This document shows, piece by piece, positions 1 to 6,062 of a stretch of 26,466 nt of DNA (position 1 is the stretch's first letter; each line of letters opens with the position of its first letter). The position numbers and the translations under genes were made by a program. Under the pieces are notes generated by a model that was not told the origin of the DNA, did not search any database, and worked only from the letters and a program-made list of their open reading frames with translations. Source of the DNA: a virus. Lineage: Duplodnaviria; Caudoviricetes. The stretch lies in IMG/VR virus record IMGVR_UViG_3300005764_000071, positions 1 through 26,466 of that record. One strand, written 5' to 3'.

Positions 1-2
1 AC

Positions 3-119
3 ACTCAGCTCGAGGCCGCCATCAACCGCCATCACATGGCAATCATCGAACGCAAAGAGGCCGAGCAAGGCGAGCAGGCGAGCGAGCAGGAGCCGCCCAA
101 TGAGCGAGAGCAGGCGTGA
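3..119 (+). CDS. 3' end of an upstream gene (partial), hypothetical
   Basis: Open frame TQLEAAINRHHMAIIERKEAEQGEQASEQEPPNEREQA ending TGA 117-119, overlapping the next gene start. Confidence 0.5.
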   Translation, partial: TQLEAAINRHHMAIIERKEAEQGEQASEQEPPNEREQA

Positions 120-345
120 GCAATTTTCAGTGGCGCAATTTTTCGAGGACGGGAGCCACGAATACGTGCGCCGCTATGTCAGCGGCGAGGAAGCGATGCA
201 AGCATTCAAACACTACACGCGATCGGTGGGCGCCAAGCACGGTTTCGTCAAGCGCGTGATGATCATGGACGGCGGCGACCTCGTCGTCGTCGAATGGCAG
301 TACGGCAAAGGCGTCACCTACGATGATGGGATGATGACCACGTGA
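100..345 (+). CDS. Hypothetical phage protein (81 aa)
   Basis: AGGAG SD upstream; GTGA overlap with next gene; globular-looking sequence. Confidence 0.8.
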   Translation: MSESRREQFSVAQFFEDGSHEYVRRYVSGEEAMQAFKHYTRSVGAKHGFVKRVMIMDGGDLVVVEWQYGKGVTYDDGMMTT

Positions 346-668
346 GCGGAGTGTCCGAGAACCGGGAAAAGTTTGCAGCGCTCATGCATGTAGCCTTTGG
401 TCTGGTCGGCGAGGCGATGGGGTGGCCGACGAGAAACGTGCGTGCTTGGTTGGCGCTCAAGAGCGGGCACTGCGATGCAGTGCGGTGGCCGTCCGACAGC
501 GCGAGACTTTTCGTGCCGCACAGCATGGCGGACATGACTCGAGCGGAGCTTGAGGTTTTTTGGGACGACGCGCGTGAGATCATCCGGCGGGAAGTCATCC
601 CTTATGTCGACGCCCGCGCCGGCGAGGAGATCGGCTTCCGCATCGATGATTTACGGAATGTGTCGTGA
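342..668 (+). CDS. DUF1367/NinB-like hypothetical protein
   Basis: Motifs R-x-WL-x-LKSGH-x-D and P-x-S-x-x-DM-x-x-x-E-x-x-x-F resemble DUF1367-type phage proteins; coupled GTG start. Confidence 0.55.
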   Translation: MSGVSENREKFAALMHVAFGLVGEAMGWPTRNVRAWLALKSGHCDAVRWPSDSARLFVPHSMADMTRAELEVFWDDAREIIRREVIPYVDARAGEEIGFRIDDLRNVS

Positions 669-752
669 CACCTTCCGCTTGTGCCAACACGCCGAAGTCA
701 CGACACGGGCCGCGCCCAGCCTTCCCACCGGAACACGTGGTCGGGCGCGGCC
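660..752 (+). ncRNA. Candidate structured RNA: two adjacent hairpins with shared loop motifs (strand assumed from operon)
   Basis: Perfect 10-bp stems 660-669/697-706 and 708-717/743-752 separated by one G; both enclose CCTTCC...AACACG. Confidence 0.5.
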
Positions 753-779
753 AACCTTGCAACGAGGGAAATCCCGGCA

Positions 780-1010
780 ATGACCATGCAGACCAAACGC
801 GCGGACAGCCTCGACATCATGCTTTGCGAGAACAAGCAATGTGGGCTCGTTCACATCGTGCTGTATGACGAAAACCGCGAGGTGTTTGCTGAAGCCGCGT
901 TTGAGCCCACGCACGAATGGGAAAACGACTTTAACCGCGTGCTGGGCGACGTCTGCCGCATGCTCCGCGCGCGCCAGAAAACAGCAACAACATCGCCGGT
1001 AGCACACTGA
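780..1010 (+). CDS. Hypothetical protein (76 aa) with C-x4-C-x3-H motif
   Basis: ATG 780 after GAGGGA; in frame with ORF 681-1010, whose upstream part is occupied by the hairpins; TGATG coupling to next gene. Confidence 0.7.
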   Translation: MTMQTKRADSLDIMLCENKQCGLVHIVLYDENREVFAEAAFEPTHEWENDFNRVLGDVCRMLRARQKTATTSPVAH

Positions 1011-1294
1011 TGATGGAAGGTCCCAGAAATTGGCAAATGGCGTCGCAGGATGGCCCCCATCTTGCTGGCGGCTCGCGGCGGCAGCAGCGGATCGTCGAGG
1101 TGCTCTGGGTGCAGCACTGCCAGGATCCGCAGACGCTTGTGAGCGGGCAAGAGCTTGGCCTGCGCACAGGCATCAGGCGGCCTGGTCCCGACGTTCCGAT
1201 GGCACGCATCAAATTGCGCCGGATGGGCTGGGACATCGAAAGCCATAACGGCCGCAACGGCGGCTTTCGCCTCGTGCGGTGGTTCGGAGAATAG
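1010..1294 (+). CDS. Winged-helix DNA-binding protein (HTH_11-like)
   Basis: VSGQELG...IKLRRMGWDIESHNGRNGGFRL matches BirA/HTH_11-type winged-helix pattern. Confidence 0.6.
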   Translation: MMEGPRNWQMASQDGPHLAGGSRRQQRIVEVLWVQHCQDPQTLVSGQELGLRTGIRRPGPDVPMARIKLRRMGWDIESHNGRNGGFRLVRWFGE

Positions 1295-1345
1295 GCAGGA
1301 CGCGATGAAAGCAACCGTCTAGCCATCAAGAGAGGAGGACGAAGC

Positions 1346-1903
1346 ATGTCCATATTAGCGCGACGCGGCGGCAACGCCCAAGACAAGAAAGCCGAGCCCC
1401 CTGCAATGCCGCGAGCCGCACCGCCCGCAATGGCGGACCCGCGCACCATCCATCCGGCCGTGCAGGAGCACGCAAAGGCGGTTTCGAACTTGTACGACGA
1501 GAATGAGCGCCTGCACGCACTCGTGCAGAAATTGCGCAACGACATTGAGGTCAAGGGTCAGGTCTTGGAGGACAAGGATCGCACGATCGATGCTGAGCGC
1601 GCGCGCCTGGCTGCAAGCGACCGGCTGAAAGAGGCATATCTGCGCTTTGCCCAAGAAATTCTCACGCGCGGGGAGGATGTGTGCAATCGGATCGACGATG
1701 TGCGCAGTCAGACAACCAAGATGCTCGACGATGTGCGCAGTCAGATGGCGAAAGTAATTACACGCGCGATGGAAGTTGCGCAAAACGCTGCGCCTCCGAC
1801 GGAGGAGCTTGAACGCGAGATCAAGGCGATCATCGCCAATGCCGAAAACAGCGAGAACGACCAAGAGAGCCATGCCAATGGCGGCAGCCAGCCCAGCGCC
1901 TAG
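1346..1903 (+). CDS. Coiled-coil hypothetical protein (185 aa)
   Basis: Strong SD GAGGAGG; long helical charged heptad-like sequence. Confidence 0.85.
   Translation: MSILARRGGNAQDKKAEPPAMPRAAPPAMADPRTIHPAVQEHAKAVSNLYDENERLHALVQKLRNDIEVKGQVLEDKDRTIDAERARLAASDRLKEAYLRFAQEILTRGEDVCNRIDDVRSQTTKMLDDVRSQMAKVITRAMEVAQNAAPPTEELEREIKAIIANAENSENDQESHANGGSQPSA
1692..1745 (+). repeat. 21-bp direct repeat with 33-nt period inside coiled-coil gene
   Basis: TCGACGATGTGCGCAGTCAGA at 1692-1712 and 1725-1745 (DDVRSQ twice). Confidence 0.9.
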
Positions 1904-2144
1904 CCTGCCCAAGCGCGTGCTTGCGCTGTTCAGGCGCACCGCCCGATCCAGCAACGGCCGCGAATGGCTCAGCCTGCCCGAGCTGGCGGAGGCGTTCGAA
2001 ATCTCCGAGCGCACCATGCGCAAGCACCTCAGCAACGGCACGTTGCCGTCGCATCGCTTCGGTGCCGGCAACGAACGCATTCACCGCCGATTCACGCTCG
2101 CCGACGCCAAGGTGTTCTGGAGCCGGGTAAGCCCAGAAAGCTAA
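1872..2144 (+). CDS. Excisionase-like HTH_17/MerR-type DNA-binding protein
   Basis: WLSLPELAEAFEISERTMRKHLSNGTLPSHRFG...RRF; start uncertain (ATG 1872 or 1878 within ORF 1776-2144). Confidence 0.7.
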   Translation: MPMAAASPAPSLPKRVLALFRRTARSSNGREWLSLPELAEAFEISERTMRKHLSNGTLPSHRFGAGNERIHRRFTLADAKVFWSRVSPES

Positions 2145-2150
2145 CAAAAG

Positions 2151-2194
2151 TTAATACCTCCCGGTATTGACATCGGCAATTTTGTGATTAAATC
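2151..2194 (+). promoter_or_regulatory. Putative sigma70 promoter with overlapping palindromic operator
   Basis: AT-rich gap; TTGACA at 2167-2172, TAAATC 16 nt later; inverted repeat AATACC-N4-GGTATT (2153-2168) overlaps the -35. Confidence 0.55.
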
Positions 2195-2207
2195 CAGGGA
2201 GTTGCGT

Positions 2208-2531
2208 ATGGGTGCGGAAGATTTGCGGCTGCTTACCCCACGCGAAGTGGCCGAGATCCTGCGGGTCAAGCCGCAACAGCTGCTCGAGCTCTGCCGCGCA
2301 GGCGAGCTGAGTTACATCGACGTGGGCGGCGGGCGTAAGAAAATCCGTCGAATGTTTGAACGCCAGGATGTGGAAAAGTTCATCACTCGACGGCGGCGAA
2401 CTGAGCAGTGGGCCGCCTTGAAACGCGCACACAAGCGGCGCCCGCGTATTCCGCTCGGCATCAGCGAGCCGGTTAGCTTCGTGGAGCTGGCAAAGCGGTT
2501 GAAGGACAAAGAGAAGCCGAAAGGCAAGTAA
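2208..2531 (+). CDS. Excisionase-like HTH_17 protein, candidate recombination directionality factor
   Basis: LLTPREVAEILRV...ELCRAGELSYIDVG...RMF; very basic; AGGGAG SD before ATG 2208; upstream of integrase. Confidence 0.8.
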   Translation: MGAEDLRLLTPREVAEILRVKPQQLLELCRAGELSYIDVGGGRKKIRRMFERQDVEKFITRRRRTEQWAALKRAHKRRPRIPLGISEPVSFVELAKRLKDKEKPKGK

Positions 2532-2538
2532 GGCAACC

Positions 2539-2745
2539 ATGCCGATCATGCTGGAAAAACTCTATGACGCCTTGCGCGCGGCCAACATTCCCGACGACAA
2601 GGCGCGCGCGGCCGCAGTCGAGGTGGCGGAGTTCAAGGACGCGATCGCGGCCATGCGCACCGACCTCGCAGTGTTGAAAGGAATGGTCGGCATCAATCTG
2701 GCGCTCACACTGGTCGTCCTCGGCAAGCTGTTTCTCGGCTCATGA
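2539..2745 (+). CDS. Small coiled-coil protein with C-terminal TM anchor (DUF1640/CCDC90-like)
   Basis: LYDALRAANIPDDKARAAA head, short stalk, LKGMVGINLALTLVVLGKLF anchor. Confidence 0.7.
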   Translation: MPIMLEKLYDALRAANIPDDKARAAAVEVAEFKDAIAAMRTDLAVLKGMVGINLALTLVVLGKLFLGS

Positions 2746-2847
2746 CGAGCAAGCGCAAGCCCACCGTGCGCGCCGTTTCTGCGATCATCACGCGCCTCGA
2801 CCATTCTCACACCATGCTGTTGCGAGGAACGAGGCGGAGGAGGAGCA

Positions 2848-3207
2848 ATGAAGCTCTATGCAATACGAATGATCAAGGATCAGCAGCCGGTCGGCATCTA
2901 TTGGGCGGATGGGGTGGAGGACCTGGCAGACTCGTGCGACGAAACGGCACCGCCGCGGCTCTGCGAGTATGTGGAAATCGACAAGCCGGGAGCGGTCATT
3001 TTCGCAGGCGAATGCGGTTGGCAGATGGGCATCAATTGCGGAGAGAGTGCCAGCGACGTCGAGGAGCGAGCCGCCGATATCCACAACAGCGGGGAGATCG
3101 TTTTTGCCGACAGCCTCAACGAGGTCCTGTTCGATAGGGTCGAAGGATGGCGGCCATTCGGCAATGTGGCGTCGGTCTACGATCTCGCGGAGGAGAGCAA
3201 TGGCTAA
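2848..3207 (+). CDS. Acidic hypothetical protein (119 aa)
   Basis: Strong SD GGAGGAGGAG; stop overlaps integrase start. Confidence 0.8.
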   Translation: MKLYAIRMIKDQQPVGIYWADGVEDLADSCDETAPPRLCEYVEIDKPGAVIFAGECGWQMGINCGESASDVEERAADIHNSGEIVFADSLNEVLFDRVEGWRPFGNVASVYDLAEESNG

Positions 3208-4381
3208 GGGACTTTATCAGCAGCCGCGGTCGCCGTTCTGGTGGTACAGATTCCAGGTCGGCGGCCGACGCTTTCGCGGTTCGACCGGCAAGACTGTGGA
3301 GCGCGAGGCGCGGGTGGTCCTCGCCGACGAGCGGCAGGCACGCGAACACGAGGCATTACTGTACGCGCCCCTTAAGGGGCGCGCTGCCACGCTTACCTTC
3401 GATGAAGCCTGCCGGCACTATTGGGACGAAGTCGGCCAGCACCATGCCGGCGCTACCAAAACCGCCTGGTCGCTGAACTGGCTGCAGGCCGAGATCGGTG
3501 CTGAAACGCGCCTCGACGAAATCAATGGCGCGGTGGTCATGCGGCTCGTGAGCCGCCGGCGCGGCGAAGCGAAACAGTGTGCTGGCAAGGGCGGCAGGCT
3601 CGCGCATTCGACCGTCAATCGTTCAGTCACTGAGCCGCTGCGCAAGGTGTTGCGGCATGCAGCGAACGTGTATGAGGCCGAAATTTGTAGGATCGATTGG
3701 AAAAAATTCATGCTGCCGGAGCCGTCTGGCCGTGATCGCGAGTGCCAAATCGAGGAGGAGCGTGACCTTTTTGCGGGTTGCCGGGAGGATTACAAACCGA
3801 TCCTGCGCTTTGCGCTCTTGACCGGCCGTCGGCTCTCACATTGCGTCAACCTCAAATGGTCAGACATCGATTTCGGCAATCGTTTGATCACGTTTCGGGC
3901 ACTCAAGGGCGGTCTGGATAAACCGACCCCGATGCCAGAGGTGTTGCGCGAGTTGCTCTGGGATTTGCGCGGCCATCATCGCGAAGCCGTGTTCACGTAT
4001 CTCGTGCAAAAGGCGCGCGGAAGCCGCCGGGTCGGCACTCGCGAGCCGATCAAGCAAAGCGGGCTCTCGACCACTTGGCGAAACCTCAAACGCAAGGTGG
4101 GCGTGAAAAATCTCCGCTTCCATGACCTACGCCATACTGCAGCGTCACGTTTGTTGCGCACGCCTCACGGTAACTTAGCGCTCGTCAAGGAGGTGCTTGG
4201 CCATCGGCGAATCGAAACAACGATGCGCTATGCGCACGTGCAGAACACAGACAAGTTAGCGGCGATACAAGCGGCTGCAGAGGCAGCGCAGGCCGCCCTG
4301 GAAGCAGCGCAACTTCAAGCAGCGGTTGAAAAAGGGGTGGCCACACAAGTGGCCATACTGGCGGGGAAAAGCGAGAAATAG
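3200..4381 (+). CDS. int: Phage tyrosine integrase (393 aa)
   Basis: N-terminal arm-binding-like WWYRF...RGSTG; catalytic TGRR, K, HDLRH, LGH, TMRY motifs; GGAGGAG SD before ATG 3200. Confidence 0.96.
   Translation: MAKGLYQQPRSPFWWYRFQVGGRRFRGSTGKTVEREARVVLADERQAREHEALLYAPLKGRAATLTFDEACRHYWDEVGQHHAGATKTAWSLNWLQAEIGAETRLDEINGAVVMRLVSRRRGEAKQCAGKGGRLAHSTVNRSVTEPLRKVLRHAANVYEAEICRIDWKKFMLPEPSGRDRECQIEEERDLFAGCREDYKPILRFALLTGRRLSHCVNLKWSDIDFGNRLITFRALKGGLDKPTPMPEVLRELLWDLRGHHREAVFTYLVQKARGSRRVGTREPIKQSGLSTTWRNLKRKVGVKNLRFHDLRHTAASRLLRTPHGNLALVKEVLGHRRIETTMRYAHVQNTDKLAAIQAAAEAAQAALEAAQLQAAVEKGVATQVAILAGKSEK
4337..4358 (+). repeat. Left arm-type integrase-binding repeats (inside int 3' end)
   Basis: GTGGCCACAC (4337-4346) and GTGGCCATAC (4349-4358); same motif as the 4617-4637 pair. 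Confidence 0.75.
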
Positions 4382-4405
4382 GACCGATGTGGTCCTATTT
4401 TTCGC
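4371..4405 (+). terminator. Hairpin over integrase stop codon, probable terminator
   Basis: GCGAGAAATAGGACC-gatgt-GGTCCTATTTTTCGC, 15-bp stem with one G-U pair. Confidence 0.55.
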
Positions 4406-4428
4406 TAGTGATTTCAGGAGGTTGGCGG

Positions 4429-4475
4429 TGGTCGGGGCAGCAGGATTTGAACCTGCGACCTGGAGTACCCAAAAC
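4429..4475 (-). other. attP core: 3' part of tRNA-Pro(UGG)
   Basis: Minus strand GTTTTGGGTACTCCAGGTCGCAGGTTCAAATCCTGCTGCCCCGACCA = anticodon loop TTTGGGT, T-arm GGTTCAAATCC, acceptor strand and CCA; D-arm and 5' half absent; 48 bp after int. Confidence 0.92.
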
Positions 4476-4616
4476 GCCGGTGCCAGTCAAAATGCTCGTT
4501 TGTTCTTTTGGGCTAAATGTCTATGAAATCATTGGTTTTTCCGATTTTCGCGGTCGCGCGCGGGGTGGGTGAAAAGGTGAACAAAGGCGGCAAAAGCCAG
4601 CGTGGCAATGCAGCGA

Positions 4617-4637
4617 GTGGTCACACAGTGGTCACAC
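4617..4637 (+). repeat. Right arm-type integrase-binding repeats
   Basis: GTGGTCACAC-A-GTGGTCACAC tandem, same orientation as left pair. Confidence 0.75.
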
Positions 4638-4682
4638 TCCACAAGCGGTTCATGTGGAATAACAGAAAATGACCGCGATGTT

Positions 4683-4886
4683 TCACAAGCGTTTCGGCGA
4701 AACATCGCCTAGGTTTTCCCGTCCCGTCCCTTGGGAGACATAGTCGGTCCGGCGAGAGGGCTCGCCCGTTAGAGGCGACTGTCTCCGCTGCACCGGGACC
4801 GCAGCGATCACTTTGTTGCAGTCGACGCAGAGCCGAGTACCCTCTTGGCGCTCGGGAGCGCCGCACCACGCGCAGGGTTTTGCCAT
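4683..4886 (-). CDS. Small zinc-finger-like protein (67 aa)
   Basis: CAWC-x11-CVDC at N-terminus; TACAAT -10-like hexamer at 4912-4917 upstream. Confidence 0.55.
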   Translation of the reverse strand: MAKPCAWCGAPERQEGTRLCVDCNKVIAAVPVQRRQSPLTGEPSRRTDYVSQGTGRENLGDVSPKRL

Positions 4887-4942
4887 TGCCGTACCGTTTC
4901 CGGTTTACCGGATTGTATGCCTTTTGGGAGATTGACGGCAGC

Positions 4943-4982
4943 AAAAAAACCCGGCCGGGAGGTTGAGGCCAGCCCGGCCGGG
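4943..4982 (-). terminator. Rho-independent terminator
   Basis: CCCGGCCGGG-13 nt-CCCGGCCGGG followed by T7 on the minus strand. Confidence 0.85.
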
Positions 4983-5020
4983 CGCGAGGTATCCGAGGAA
5001 CCAAGTGTGGGTTACGCGCC
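4943..5020 (-). ncRNA. Candidate small RNA with CCUC anti-SD-like motifs
   Basis: TTCACG-N18-TAACAT (5051-5022) directly upstream; no start codon; repeated CCTC...ACCTC; ends in terminator. Confidence 0.35.
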
Positions 5021-5124
5021 GATGTTAGCTCAGGATCTTGTTTGGCGTGAAGAGGGCGATGGCTTTGGCGAAACGTGACCGCCTCCTTTAAACGCAAACG
5101 CAAGCGCAGACTGTCGCCGAAGGA

Positions 5125-5367
5125 ATGCCGACCGTGATGTGGCACGCGACCCGATCGCCCTTCCTGCATATGCTGATGTGGATCAGCGTGGCCGGAGAGC
5201 ATCAATACGTGCTCAGCTTCGACATGCTGCGCAAGGTATGGGGCGCGAGCGCAAAAACAATTGAAGGCCCGAGCGATCGGCCCCGCATCGACCTCGGTTG
5301 GAAATTTGCGACGAGCCTCGCAGCCGAGGCCGCCTGCGAGAAGCACGCACAAAGCAAACTGCAATAG
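5125..5367 (+). CDS. Hypothetical protein (80 aa), antisense to late operon
   Basis: Protein-like composition; fills gap; its stop is 3 nt from the convergent stop at 5371. Confidence 0.6.
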   Translation: MPTVMWHATRSPFLHMLMWISVAGEHQYVLSFDMLRKVWGASAKTIEGPSDRPRIDLGWKFATSLAAEAACEKHAQSKLQ

Positions 5368-5370
5368 GGT

Positions 5371-5487
5371 CTACTGATAAGGCCCCCAAGACCCGGAGAG
5401 ATAGCCGATGAGTGCAACAAAGATCATCGCTATGACCAGCACCAGAAAAATGAATATTACGACGTTTGCGCCCGAGAGCTTAGCCAT
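5371..5487 (-). CDS. Small single-TM protein (38 aa)
   Basis: MAKLSGANVVIFIFLVLVIAMIFVALIGYLSGSWGPYQ; ATG overlaps upstream gene end (ATGGCTAA). Confidence 0.65.
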   Translation of the reverse strand: MAKLSGANVVIFIFLVLVIAMIFVALIGYLSGSWGPYQ

Positions 5488-5653
5488 GGAGTGGTGGACC
5501 AAACACACGCCAGCCGAGAAGCAAGAACAGCACGAACAACAAGAGCGTGTTGCCCATGCTGACATAGGGCGTGGCCCAAACTCCGAAATGGATGATCACG
5601 CCGAATACAAACCAGATCAGCATCAGAATCCAGAACGCTAATCCGATCGTCAT
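5480..5653 (-). CDS. Small two-TM membrane protein (57 aa), not in ORF track
   Basis: MTIGLAFWILMLIWFVFGVIIHFGVWATPYVSMGNTLLLFVLFLLLGWRVFGPPLHG; GGAGGT SD. Confidence 0.85.
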   Translation of the reverse strand: MTIGLAFWILMLIWFVFGVIIHFGVWATPYVSMGNTLLLFVLFLLLGWRVFGPPLHG

Positions 5654-5657
5654 GACG

Positions 5658-5831
5658 TCACCTCCGATCGAGTAATTCAGGAGCGATTAACTCCATCAGC
5701 CGCCGCACCTCCGGTGCGAGTGTCATGGCCTGCACAATGGTCGAATAAATCTGCGGCCACAAGCGCGCGATCTCCTGGTGATGGGTGATCAGGCGCCCGC
5801 CAATGCGGACAAGGAGGCTGATGTCAATCAC
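5658..5831 (-). CDS. Small amphipathic helical protein (57 aa)
   Basis: GTG start overlapping holin-like gene end (GTGATTGA); within ORF 5658-5873. Confidence 0.6.
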   Translation of the reverse strand: MIDISLLVRIGGRLITHHQEIARLWPQIYSTIVQAMTLAPEVRRLMELIAPELLDRR

Positions 5832-5994
5832 GGTTTGGAATGATCCACACGAGAATCGGCCAGATGACAGCAAGCGCAGTCGTTACCCACTCCTCGCTGA
5901 TGCCCAACTCACGGCCCCACCACTGTTCGGCGATCACGAGCGCCCCCATGATGATTGAAACAATTGCTTTCGAATACGAGCCGATGCCATCCAT
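5824..5994 (-). CDS. Putative holin, two TM (56 aa; alternative in-frame start at 6063)
   Basis: YSKAIVSIIMGALVI...ALAVIWPILVWIIPN; GGAGG SD before ATG 5994; directly after endolysin. Confidence 0.65.
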   Translation of the reverse strand: MDGIGSYSKAIVSIIMGALVIAEQWWGRELGISEEWVTTALAVIWPILVWIIPNRD

Positions 5995-6062
5995 GCTAGC
6001 CTCCGTCGCTCCGCTTGGGCGCGGGCGAAACCATCGTGATAGTGCTGCCCAAAGCCACTGCA

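Noticed and set aside
1692-1745. Short direct repeats (also 23141-23228) as CRISPR or regulatory arrays
   Set aside because: Only two copies each, in-frame periods of 33 and 57 nt; explained by intragenic duplication.
2742-3137. 131-aa ORF coupled to the 2539-2745 stop
   Set aside because: Mostly overlaps the better-supported 2848-3207 gene with Arg/Gly-rich off-frame composition; at most a remnant.
2909-3199. 97-aa N-terminal extension of the integrase in the ORF track
   Set aside because: Overlaps gene 2848-3207 in another frame; ATG 3200 has a strong SD and gives a normal integrase start.
4429-4510. Complete tRNA-Pro gene
   Set aside because: No D-arm or 5' acceptor strand; only the att core fragment is present.
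4621-5364. 247-aa minus-strand ORF
   Set aside because: Runs through a terminator, attP arm repeats and two better genes; no protein-like features.
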